Shown: positions 1 to 8,541, counted from the first letter of the stretch. The stretch: 32,000 nucleotides of DNA from Hyperthermus butylicus DSM 5456 (GCF_000015145.1 NC_008818.1:390001-422000); one strand, 5' to 3'. The notes: generated by a model not told the origin, from the letters alone. A program made the numbers and translations.

Positions 1-52
1 CTTAGCTCCTTAGTGGGGGTGCTAGGAGTAGTATTATAAAGAGTAACGGGCC

Positions 53-107
53 GAGTATGAGGCCTGCGAGCCTCGTATTCATTTCCGCACTCCCTATTAG
101 ATTTTTT
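53..107 (+). terminator. Hairpin followed by an oligo-T run; possible terminator of a plus-strand gene lying upstream of the window
   Basis: gagtatgaggc (53-63) pairs with gcctcgtattc (70-80) as an 11-bp stem. Two pairs are G-U, so the stem only forms fully in plus-strand RNA. The loop is ctgcga, and a T6 run sits at 102-107. Confidence 0.25.
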
Positions 108-129
108 AGATCCATTTAGACCACAAAAT

Positions 130-140
130 CTAAAATATCT
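130..140 (-). promoter_or_regulatory. TATA-box-like element in an AT-rich island, read on the minus strand as AGATATTTTAG
   Basis: The 10-mer taaaatatct (131-140) recurs exactly at 29698-29707, where it sits about 40 nt upstream of the GTG start of the RecJ-like gene. The surrounding region 95-145 is strongly AT-rich and carries TTAGAT/TTAGAC repeats. Confidence 0.35.
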
Positions 141-229
141 TCCCCACAATCTTAGGCGGAAAGAAGATGCTTAAAAGCGTTACTACCGGAACAACTATGA
201 ATGGGTTCAGCTGCCGCTGATTTTCTCAC

Positions 230-250
230 AGCCCCCCGCCCCTGGGGGCT
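230..250. repeat. Copy 1 of the hairpin motif AGCCCCC-N7-GGGGGCT
   Basis: A 7-bp GC stem with a 7-nt loop (cgcccct). The stem and loop length are identical to the copy at 30278-30298. It lies 71 nt downstream of the stop codon of the minus-strand gene ending at 321. Confidence 0.5.
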
Positions 251-320
251 CAACAACAGGGGTTCTCACCATCACCCTGGAGATAGGGTGTTACAGCCAA
301 CCTTCACTCTAGCGTCCACG

Positions 321-1739
321 CTAGCCACAAGGGGCTATGGGAGCTTCGTCACCGACAACACATGCAACAGTTGTCTTCGTTACTGCTGCCCTCTTATAGA
401 GTCTTGACACTATAAACCTCCTATATATCGGGTTCTTGGAAAGCTTTATGTGTAGCTCGCTCGTAGTCATAGCATATATCTCCCAGTTTCGCAGAGCAGG
501 ACACATGTAGCAGCCTATCCTGTAAAAGCCATAGTAGTACATGGGGTTTAAGGGGAGCCCATTCATAATGATGTACAGCTGTACGTGCGCAGCACTCCAC
601 ATACGCAATGGCGTAACAACTAACATGTCGCCAGTGTAGGCCCTCCGTACGGGTGGCCTGGCGCTACGCCTAGGCGATTCCGCGTCACGGTCACCAACTA
701 CTAAGAGCGTTTTGCCTTCAGCAAGCTTTACGGCCATCTCCTCTATAGACTTAACCTTGAGTATTGTACACCACCTATCACCATGACTTGGAAGCGGCGC
801 ACCTCTCATTAGCTCCTTGTCTATACCAGCATATGCTCTTACAACCTCTATGCCCAGCTTCTCTGCAACCTCTTCGACGTAGCGTACCGAATCGGGGAAC
901 TCCGTGCCAGTATCGCCGTATACAACTCTTACACGATCTTTTCCATACGCCTTTAGGGCTAAGAGTAGCGCTGCTGTACTATCCTTACCACCGCTCCAGG
1001 GGACTATGATTGTATCAAATTCGCCTAAGCTCCTTAGGAAGCGTATAGCTGCCCGCTCATATATCCCAATTACCTCCCTGTTAGCCTCAACGAGGCTATC
1101 CATGCTAACGCTTATTGGCTCTATGCCATCATTTATGCGTGATGCTCTCGGCTTAAACCCAGCATCGCCTATATCTAGCTCGACTACAGGGTTGGGACCA
1201 TTGTATACTATGTGTGTCCCACCGGTAGTCCTAACAACGAGGGGGTTTTCGCCAATTAGCGTCCCGGATAGTCTTGAAACGAGGCGAGAGAAACGACCAA
1301 CACCTATGAAGACTTCGTAGCTCGGTGCAGGGTCTTCAAGCTGGGGATCTATTGGTGACCCAACTGGCCCGAAGACATAAGCCCTCCTGGACTCATCCCA
1401 GGATGTCGCTACCCGGAACATTGTGCGCGCCTTTACAACCTCCATGTATAACTGCTCGAGCCTAGCATTTCGCACTCTTGCACGCGGTACAACGCGGAGC
1501 ACAACATTTGGTGGAAGCCATTCGGCGAGATGACTAGCTACCTCCCTATCCTCCCTGCCAAGGAGCACTATATAGAACTTATCCGGCTCAATTATCTCCT
1601 CAAGAGCCGCTTCCGCGGCCGCAGGACTACGAGCGCCATGGAGCGTTTTAACATCTACGCCCCAGTCCCGGTAGAACCTCTCAACCATTGCTGAAACTGC
1701 AGCAGCATCCTTGCGGCTTCTAACTACTATCGTGAACAT
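321..1739 (-). CDS. PAPS-reductase-family PP-loop ATP pyrophosphatase with an uncharacterised N-terminal extension of about 230 aa
   Basis: 472-aa ORF. It carries the PP-loop PWSGGKDSTAALL, plus YGDTGTEFPDS and DRWCTILKVK motifs typical of the CysH/PAPS-reductase fold. There is a C-terminal cysteine pair (CYMCP). ATG start, TAG stop. Confidence 0.75.
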   Translation of the reverse strand: MFTIVVRSRKDAAAVSAMVERFYRDWGVDVKTLHGARSPAAAEAALEEIIEPDKFYIVLLGREDREVASHLAEWLPPNVVLRVVPRARVRNARLEQLYMEVVKARTMFRVATSWDESRRAYVFGPVGSPIDPQLEDPAPSYEVFIGVGRFSRLVSRLSGTLIGENPLVVRTTGGTHIVYNGPNPVVELDIGDAGFKPRASRINDGIEPISVSMDSLVEANREVIGIYERAAIRFLRSLGEFDTIIVPWSGGKDSTAALLLALKAYGKDRVRVVYGDTGTEFPDSVRYVEEVAEKLGIEVVRAYAGIDKELMRGAPLPSHGDRWCTILKVKSIEEMAVKLAEGKTLLVVGDRDAESPRRSARPPVRRAYTGDMLVVTPLRMWSAAHVQLYIIMNGLPLNPMYYYGFYRIGCYMCPALRNWEIYAMTTSELHIKLSKNPIYRRFIVSRLYKRAAVTKTTVACVVGDEAPIAPCG

Positions 1740-1924
1740 AGCTCCTGCCCTACCCTTACACGCGCGGTAAGGATGTAGACCCGCCCCACTCTCTTAATCA
1801 TAACCTCCTGGGTGGTGTAGCTACACGCTACCGGGCAGGGCTGGGTTGATGAGGGGTTGAGTCGCCGACCCTGGGGGAATGGGGAGACCGCCCCCTGCAC
1901 AGTCTCTGACCGCGGTGTGACGCC

Positions 1925-3142
1925 TTGACCGAACTTTACCCGCTCATTGAGGGAGGCCGTGTCGTAGGCGTTATCGGCAGTGGCGGCGATGCAACAAAGA
2001 TTTGCGGGTTTAGCGGTGGATGCCGCTACTACCTCTGGTTAAGTGTCAACGAGGCTGTGGATGTTACCAGCCTACTTGCCCGCGGACGCGTTCTCGAGCT
2101 GAAAGGGCCTAGAGGGCGGAGTTTTGCACCTATAACTTCGTGGCTCGCTTCACCACCCTACGTGCATGCGCGTACCGTGCCGGATCTCGATGAGTATGCA
2201 CGCTGGCTCGCTAGAAGTGTTGGGAGTGAGATTAGGGGGCGGAGGATACTCCTAGGGTTCAGTGGCGGCAAGGACTCGGTTGCGGCACTCATCACGCTCG
2301 TCAAGCTCATGGAGTATGTTAGCTTTAAGCTTCACGTCATGTATATTCATATCCCCTTCCTAGAGTCGCCCCGCAATGTGAGGTTTATAGAGCAGGTTTC
2401 GAGGAGGCTTGGCGTCGAGATAGAGGTGTTAGAGGCTCCACGGAGAGATATGAAGAGCCTACTAAAGTGGAAAGGCATGCCCCGTAGGGGGTTTAGGTTC
2501 TGCACAGTCTACAAGGCCAAGCCTATGAGGAAGCTCCGCAAGGAGGATCCCAAACTCATAGAGGTTATTGGCGATAGACTCACAGAGTCACCTAAGAGGT
2601 TTGAGAGGCTCTCCAAGGCTGCTATACACCGTGTTGTACTTGTCGGGAGAAAGTTTAGGCCAACCTACCTCTACACATTGTTGGACGTAGTAGATATCGT
2701 CAGGCGGCACGGACTCGTTCATCCAGACTACCTGGACGGTGTTCCAAGGGTTGCATGTAGCTTGTGCCCCTACAAGGCTCTCCACGAGTTTCGCCGGCTC
2801 CCCGAGCTGGAGGATCTAGACCTCATAGAGCAGGTTTGGGAAAAGATGTGGAAGAAGTGGTATTCATGGACAAGCTTTGATGTCTTTCGGAGCCAGCACC
2901 TCTGGAGATTTAGCGCTATTCTCGCTAAACCGCTCCTCTACGCTAAGGAGTTAGTTGCTGAAAAAGCTGGAGACGCTGACAGGTTGACTGGCGACTATGT
3001 TGAGAAGGCTTATCGGAGAGTCTGGGTGGAGCCAATCCCGAAGGCGCCAGAGCTTGAGGAGCCCTGGACTGCAGCCGAACTAGCGTTGAGGGCTTGGAAG
3101 AAGAAGCTACCGATAGCTGTTCCTGAGCAGGAGGAGGAATAA
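1925..3142 (+). CDS. Second PAPS-reductase-like PP-loop protein, a divergent paralogue with an N-terminal extension of about 105 aa
   Basis: 405-aa ORF. It carries the PP-loop LLGFSGGKDSVAALITL, the FRFCTVYKAKP motif and a C-terminal CSLCP pair. The DTG.E motif is degenerate (YIHIPFLES). TTG at 1925 is the first available start: an in-frame TGA lies at 1907 and there is no in-frame ATG in the N-terminal region (first about 128 codons in). Confidence 0.65.
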   Translation: MTELYPLIEGGRVVGVIGSGGDATKICGFSGGCRYYLWLSVNEAVDVTSLLARGRVLELKGPRGRSFAPITSWLASPPYVHARTVPDLDEYARWLARSVGSEIRGRRILLGFSGGKDSVAALITLVKLMEYVSFKLHVMYIHIPFLESPRNVRFIEQVSRRLGVEIEVLEAPRRDMKSLLKWKGMPRRGFRFCTVYKAKPMRKLRKEDPKLIEVIGDRLTESPKRFERLSKAAIHRVVLVGRKFRPTYLYTLLDVVDIVRRHGLVHPDYLDGVPRVACSLCPYKALHEFRRLPELEDLDLIEQVWEKMWKKWYSWTSFDVFRSQHLWRFSAILAKPLLYAKELVAEKAGDADRLTGDYVEKAYRRVWVEPIPKAPELEEPWTAAELALRAWKKKLPIAVPEQEEE

Positions 3143-4870
3143 GCGATACACAGCCAACGCCAGCACTATCGATGCCGCGTAGAGGATTGACATTGCCGCT
3201 GATAGTGCTGGAGCATATTTCAGCCCCTCGAACCCCATATAGCTAGCAACAAGATACATGAGAGGAGCAGGATGTGTTGTACCGCTAGAGCCTCCTAGAC
3301 CACCTATGGTTATTGATAGGCTTACTTCAGAGGCTATACTCACAGCTACGTAGGCAGCACCATAACTGCTGGCCTGGAGAGCTAGTGGCGCCACTATAGC
3401 TGCTAGCTTGCGGGCTACACCTGCTCCAAGGTTTGTTGCCACCTCCTCAAGTTCTAAGGGTATGCTGGCTATTGCCGTCTGGAACAGCTTGTATAATAGT
3501 GGAAGTCTCCTAGCAGCATAGCCTAGTACAAGGTATAGTTGGGGGGTAATAAGTGGGTCTAGGATCGTGCCTCGAAGGAGGTCATGGTATGCAAAGAATA
3601 CAGCGTACGCAACAGCTATACCAGGTATAGCCAGCGGCGACATAAGTACTGCATCAAAGAGAGCTGTACTCCTTCCATAACCTCTAGCTACTGCATAGGC
3701 TGCCGTGACTGCTACAGGAGCCAGTAGTAAAAGGCTGATAACTGTATAGACAATACTGTTAGCTATCCCCCTCGCTATATCGGGGTTCTCAGCGAGCAGT
3801 CTTAGGCCGCCAAAGCCTGGCGAAGGGAGAAGTTCTGCAACCCACCTATCACTGAAACCATAGGCTACCGCGAGAAGCTTAAGCGCAGCTGGTAGCAGAG
3901 CAGCAGCAACAACACCCACGATGAATGGTAGGGCTCTTGTGTCAAGCATTGCTAGGGGGGCACGGTAGCGCATAGATCCCGCAGGCGCCGCCCTATAGGC
4001 AACAGCTATACTGGGATAAGCCGCTATGAAAGCTATGAGAGAGAGCAGTGTCAGTATAGCTATGTAGCCTATGGCAGAAAGCGAAAATGTACCGGTCACA
4101 GTGTCCATGAAGTAGCTGTAAGCCCTAAAGGCGAGCAAACTGCGTGCACTAGGGTCTTGCTGGAAAACATATGGACCAGCTACATCATCCAAGCTCAAGA
4201 CAAAGATTAGCGAAATGCTTGCAGCTACAGCTGGTCTGGAGAGACGTGCCGTTAGTAGAGTATGCTGCAGCAGCGAAACACCATGCTGTACTGCCGCCTC
4301 ATAAGCCTCACGTGCAACACCAATAGAGTATGTGTATATCAGAATAAGTGCTAGCGGCGCAAACACAGCTATTTGATATACTGCAACACCTGCAAGGCCG
4401 CGGAAGGTTATACAGAAACCAAACGGTCTGAGGATACTATTCACAAGGCCATAATCAGGGTTAAATATGCGCTGAACCACGTAAGCCTCAACAAACGGGT
4501 ATGGAAGGAGGGCCACGAGAGCCAGGACTAGACTGATTCTCAAGGGACGGTATAGGAGTATACCCGTAGCAGCTAGCAAGCCAAGGAGTGTCGAGGCAAG
4601 CGATACAAGGCATGCAACCACGAGGCTATTGGGTATAACGCCTAGGTCTGCACCCCTGATAATGAATAATCTACAGTTAGGCTTGTCAGCCACAGTAATT
4701 GGCTCCTCAACCCCTACTACTGGCGCAATAGAGCCTGGCTCGCTAAGAGCTAGACTAAGCCCCTTAACCAGCTGGCTCGGCGAGAGAAGGAGAGCCAGAG
4801 GTATAATCACTATAAGAGCTATGAGTAGTAGTGCGGGTAACACGAAAAATAGACGCTGTGAGGGCTTCAT
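3107..4870 (-). CDS. ABC transporter permease with two tandem MetI-like domains (Fe3+/thiamine-type FbpB/ThiP architecture)
   Basis: 587-aa polytopic membrane ORF with two EAA-loop-like segments (REAYEAAVQHGVSLL and LEEVATNLGAGVARKL). It lies immediately downstream of the binding-protein gene. Confidence 0.85.
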   Translation of the reverse strand: MKPSQRLFFVLPALLLIALIVIIPLALLLSPSQLVKGLSLALSEPGSIAPVVGVEEPITVADKPNCRLFIIRGADLGVIPNSLVVACLVSLASTLLGLLAATGILLYRPLRISLVLALVALLPYPFVEAYVVQRIFNPDYGLVNSILRPFGFCITFRGLAGVAVYQIAVFAPLALILIYTYSIGVAREAYEAAVQHGVSLLQHTLLTARLSRPAVAASISLIFVLSLDDVAGPYVFQQDPSARSLLAFRAYSYFMDTVTGTFSLSAIGYIAILTLLSLIAFIAAYPSIAVAYRAAPAGSMRYRAPLAMLDTRALPFIVGVVAAALLPAALKLLAVAYGFSDRWVAELLPSPGFGGLRLLAENPDIARGIANSIVYTVISLLLLAPVAVTAAYAVARGYGRSTALFDAVLMSPLAIPGIAVAYAVFFAYHDLLRGTILDPLITPQLYLVLGYAARRLPLLYKLFQTAIASIPLELEEVATNLGAGVARKLAAIVAPLALQASSYGAAYVAVSIASEVSLSITIGGLGGSSGTTHPAPLMYLVASYMGFEGLKYAPALSAAMSILYAASIVLALAVYRLFLLLLRNSYR

Positions 4871-4878
4871 ACACGCTT

Positions 4879-6255
4879 CTACCCAGCGAGCTTCTCGAGC
4901 TCAGACAGTATAGACCTGTACTGTTCTAGGGCTACAGTTTTTACTGCGTTGTAGAACTTGTCTCTGTCCTCGGAGCTTCTAAGTTTGGAGTTTATCTTCT
5001 TTGCATACTCTAGAGTAAATACAACCTCCTCGCCACTCCATGGATCCTTTATCCTTAGCGGTGAGCCAAGCTTTGCCAGTATGTCTGCATAGCCGTTCTC
5101 GTCTATCTTGCCCTCTTCATAGAGCTGTGCTAATAGCTTACCAATACGTTTGAGCAGCTTGTTGGCGGCAGGGTCGGCTATTGTTGCCTCAAAGTAAGTT
5201 GTAACTGCCAGGTCTACCTCTGAGGCTAATGTGCGGTTGTACTCGAATATGTTGTTCCTCAACTCGCTGTAGATCCTTTCGACCCAGTCTATGCCGGAAA
5301 CTGGCCTCACAGGTATGTAGTAAAATAGCCTTGCTAGTGCACGCTGACCCTCATCGCTTAGCAGCCAGAGTATGAATGCCTGCATCTGCTCTTTATGCTT
5401 ACTAGCCTTCGCTACAGCCGCTATAGAGATATACAGTATGCCCTCACCCTCCGGCACTCTGAAGACCGCGCCCCTACCCTGCTTCTCAGCCTCAATACCA
5501 TAACCTATGTATGCCGGTGCTACACCCACCAAACCCTCGGCTGCTTGATCACGGGCTAACTCGGAACTATCAACAATACCAGCCTCCATACCTATAACTG
5601 TGAGGAGTTGCCAGCCCCTCTCCCAGCCATACTTTTGCAGTATGCCATGCACTATTGTCCGTGCTGTACCACTCTTACTCGGCCTTGGGAAGGACACCAT
5701 GTAGACCTCCTCAACCAGCGGCCGGAGGTATATTGGGTTCACGAGGTCGCCCCAGGTTCTGGGCTCCGGCAGACCGTACCTTTCAAGGAACACCTTGTTT
5801 ACTATGAAGCCGTAGACTGCTTGGCCAACTGCAACCCAGCAAATCTCGCTGCTACTCGCCCTACCCAGGTACCTCTCGTCAAGCTCCCCTACGATGTCTA
5901 GGAGTTCATCCAACGTTAGTGGTGCTAGATGGCCCTCACTGCAGAGTCTATCGTAGACAGGCTTCTCGCCTATGAAGAATCCATCCACCTCTCCGCTCTC
6001 GGCAAGACTTGGCCACTGTGCATAGTCCAGCTTCCTAAACTCCACATCTGCTATACCGTACTCCCTCGCTATGCTACTGTTGAGAAATGCCTCACGAAGA
6101 GCTTGTTGCTCCTCGGGCGAAAGCCTGGTAACAATTACCAGCTTTACACCTTGGGCCCCCGTTTCTCCCCCCTGCATATAGAGAATAGCTACAGCTATAA
6201 CTATCATTATGGCTATTATAGCTGCACTAGTTAGGAGGAGGCGCTGCGACACCAT
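4879..6255 (-). CDS. ABC transporter substrate-binding protein (iron(III)/thiamine-type family), membrane-anchored, with a C-terminal extension of about 120 aa
   Basis: It has an N-terminal TM anchor (LLLTSAAIIAIMIVIAVAILYM) and a solute-binding-protein-like core (TWGDLVNP, SKSGTA). I chose the ATG at 6255 rather than 6285 because the TATA-like element at 6292-6300 is too close to 6285. Confidence 0.75.
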   Translation of the reverse strand: MVSQRLLLTSAAIIAIMIVIAVAILYMQGGETGAQGVKLVIVTRLSPEEQQALREAFLNSSIAREYGIADVEFRKLDYAQWPSLAESGEVDGFFIGEKPVYDRLCSEGHLAPLTLDELLDIVGELDERYLGRASSSEICWVAVGQAVYGFIVNKVFLERYGLPEPRTWGDLVNPIYLRPLVEEVYMVSFPRPSKSGTARTIVHGILQKYGWERGWQLLTVIGMEAGIVDSSELARDQAAEGLVGVAPAYIGYGIEAEKQGRGAVFRVPEGEGILYISIAAVAKASKHKEQMQAFILWLLSDEGQRALARLFYYIPVRPVSGIDWVERIYSELRNNIFEYNRTLASEVDLAVTTYFEATIADPAANKLLKRIGKLLAQLYEEGKIDENGYADILAKLGSPLRIKDPWSGEEVVFTLEYAKKINSKLRSSEDRDKFYNAVKTVALEQYRSILSELEKLAG

Positions 6256-6291
6256 ATACTTACCACCAGTGCACGAGCAAAGCAAAACCGG

Positions 6292-6311
6292 AATTATAAA
6301 CGTATAGATAA
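6292..6311. promoter_or_regulatory. AT-rich TATA-like elements in a divergent spacer, possibly shared by the genes starting at 6255 (minus) and 6347 (plus)
   Basis: aattataaacgtatagataa is the only AT-rich tract in the spacer. It lies 37-45 nt from the 6255 start and about 40-50 nt from the 6347 start. Confidence 0.4.
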
Positions 6312-6346
6312 CACTCTAATGCTTGTATCGCGCGGGCAGAGCATAG

Positions 6347-7117
6347 GTGAAGGAAGAGGTGGAACCCTCACAGCCAGAACAGTGGATGAGGGACATACTA
6401 GAGTATACAGCCAGCATACTTCAGCGCAGCGGGTTCCAAGCACATCCCCTCACGAGGCTAGCACATGCAGCAGTCGCAGCCGCCCATATCACCGGGTTTG
6501 AACCACTCTACGACTACCCCGTCGAACTCTACTACGAGCTGCAAGAGGCTGCCGAGAAGAGCGCACTATACACGCCTAGATGGAGGCCAGCCTACCAGCT
6601 GCTCGAGGAGGAAGTAGAAGCGTTAGCTGCTTTCGAGGAGGCACTGGCTAGCAGCGACACCGTCTTCCACACCGAACCCATACTCGCGGCAGCAGCTTTA
6701 GGCTACGGCTGTAGAGCTGTAGTAAGCCGCGACTGGCTTGAAGCCGGGTTTACGCCAACGCCAGGTCAACAGATCGTGATTGTGCGCCGCGGAGAGAAGA
6801 GGGCTAGGATCCTGGTGCCACGTAGCCTCTACACGCTAGCCCTTGCGGGCCTTACGGTGTACGGTGTAACACCATACTCCAAGGCTCTGCTACCCGTACC
6901 AGATCCGGCTACGATTAGAAAAAGAGTGTTTATGACAAAGCTCCCCCTTGGGGAGGCCTCGAAAAGACTGGTAGAGATAGTTGATATGTATGTTAAGCCC
7001 GTGTGTAGGCGCGTTGACGAAAACCCCCTCTGGGCTTGTAGGAGCGACACCGTCTTACTGATAGAGTACCGTTTCTCCGGTCCTATTGTGCTTGATGTTA
7101 GGTATGTTTACTGCTAG
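6347..7117 (+). CDS. Hypothetical protein
   Basis: 256-aa ORF with a GTG start (alternative ATG at 6386). I recognise no motif. Its stop overlaps the convergent gene's stop within a CTAG tetranucleotide. Confidence 0.5.
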   Translation: MKEEVEPSQPEQWMRDILEYTASILQRSGFQAHPLTRLAHAAVAAAHITGFEPLYDYPVELYYELQEAAEKSALYTPRWRPAYQLLEEEVEALAAFEEALASSDTVFHTEPILAAAALGYGCRAVVSRDWLEAGFTPTPGQQIVIVRRGEKRARILVPRSLYTLALAGLTVYGVTPYSKALLPVPDPATIRKRVFMTKLPLGEASKRLVEIVDMYVKPVCRRVDENPLWACRSDTVLLIEYRFSGPIVLDVRYVYC

Positions 7118-8535
7118 GCCTTGACAGCTACTGTTATCCCTGACAGCCTTATCCACGGCGCATACCTGCCAAAGCCTGCCCGCTCTACAGTCTTGCCAAG
7201 CAATTCCACGTTATCCCTTAGCTCTCTGTAGAAGTTACCAGAGATCATTGCACCCCTAACCCATCCTTTAGGCTCTCCATTCTCAAAGTATATTGCTGGG
7301 TTGGCTAGCACGCTATACTCGCCTGTTTCACTGTTAGCTGTGTGCGCACCCTGCACTTGATATACGACCAACACCTTGCCCTCAAAGAGTTCTTCCATCA
7401 GTGCATCACCCGGCTCTACAACTACGTTGGTAAAGCCTGGTATAGGCATAGAACTGTAGCCTATCCTTACAGCATTGCCCGTTGAGGCATTGCCAGCTCT
7501 TCTACCCCAGTAGTTGTCGAACACGAAACCCTTCACGACACCCTTCTCAACCAACACCTTCCTCGAAGTGGCTACACCTTCGCCGTCAAATCTCCAGGTG
7601 TTGTCGCCACCCTTCAATGTACCGTCATCAATTATGGTTATTTTCTCGGAGAGTGCCTGCTCCCCCACCTTATCGCCATAGTAGCTTCTGCCCTGCACGT
7701 AAATGTCGCCACGTAGTGAGTAGAGAACAGTTACGCCCAACAACTCCTCGAACACGCTAGGGGCAAGTACCACCGTATACTTGCCGGTCTCAACACCTTT
7801 GGCAAGCTTGGTAGCCTGAAGCACACGGTCAACGACACGGCGGACTAGCACCTCCGCGCTAGGCATTGAGACCCTACTAACTTCGAAGTCGAATACTACT
7901 GGTGTGAGTACACCATTCTTCCTTGCGTTAACACCAACCAGCGTAGCTGCCACCGTACCTACATCAACGCGGTAGACGCCGTTAGTGTTTACTATTGCTC
8001 TCTCGATACGCTCAACACTGACGGACCCCCTTGCAACACTTACACCCTCATATTCTCCGGCAATGCTGAATATCTCGCGTACATGTTCTATAACCGTCTC
8101 AGCACTAGCAGCAGCCAGCTCCGGGCTGTACATGTTGCCTGGCTCCGGATAGGACTGACTAGGCTCGGGCAAGCCTTGCCACTCGGGATCCTCGGGTGCA
8201 ACTTTTGCCTGCTTAACAGCTGCCCTTACAGCCCTACGCATATTCTCCAAATCCAACCCAGTAGTGTAGGCAAAGCCTATCTTCTTGCCAACAGCAACCC
8301 TAATACCGATACCAACATCGTCATTGGATTGAAGCCCTTCAATCTTGCCCGCGAGTATGCGCACTTGGTAGCCACGTGCATGAACTACATAGGCTTCCGC
8401 TTCTGTTGCACCCTCGCGTATAGCCCACCTAGACGCGAGCACAGCCACTTCAACGGGCTGTACACGTTGAGCCGACACACCCATACACCCCACATAGCAC
8501 GGCTCAAACAGATGTGAACACAGAAAGGAATGCAT
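7114..8535 (-). CDS. pmbA: PmbA/TldE-family metalloprotease subunit
   Basis: 473-aa ORF with TldD/PmbA-family length and C-terminal glycine-rich beta-rich region, directly downstream of tldD with a 6-nt gap. An alternative start lies at 8484 (MGVSAQRV). Confidence 0.85.
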   Translation of the reverse strand: MHSFLCSHLFEPCYVGCMGVSAQRVQPVEVAVLASRWAIREGATEAEAYVVHARGYQVRILAGKIEGLQSNDDVGIGIRVAVGKKIGFAYTTGLDLENMRRAVRAAVKQAKVAPEDPEWQGLPEPSQSYPEPGNMYSPELAAASAETVIEHVREIFSIAGEYEGVSVARGSVSVERIERAIVNTNGVYRVDVGTVAATLVGVNARKNGVLTPVVFDFEVSRVSMPSAEVLVRRVVDRVLQATKLAKGVETGKYTVVLAPSVFEELLGVTVLYSLRGDIYVQGRSYYGDKVGEQALSEKITIIDDGTLKGGDNTWRFDGEGVATSRKVLVEKGVVKGFVFDNYWGRRAGNASTGNAVRIGYSSMPIPGFTNVVVEPGDALMEELFEGKVLVVYQVQGAHTANSETGEYSVLANPAIYFENGEPKGWVRGAMISGNFYRELRDNVELLGKTVERAGFGRYAPWIRLSGITVAVKA

Positions 8536-8541
8536 GGAGGC

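Noticed and set aside
1815-1826. Perfect 12-bp palindromes gtgtagctacac (1815-1826) and gcttccggaagc (16274-16285) in promoter-proximal DNA
   Set aside because: About 8 perfect 12-bp palindromes are expected by chance in 32 kb (32000/4^6). Nothing beyond their location supports a function.
1811-1875. A tRNA-like appearance (gtagc/gctac stem, ggttgagtc)
   Set aside because: There is no T-loop with a complementary T-stem, no acceptor-stem pairing and no cloverleaf spacing. The 30240-30340 region also failed a cloverleaf check. No convincing tRNA is present in the window.
1846-1909. A second C/D-box-like arrangement (UUGAUGA ... CCGA ... AUGGGGA ... CUGA) in the PP-loop divergent spacer
   Set aside because: The nucleotide before UGAUGA is U rather than a purine. 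The guide between the putative C' and the D box would be 20 nt rather than about 12. The terminal stem is only 2 bp. It more likely belongs to the GC-rich 5' leader of the gene starting at 1925.
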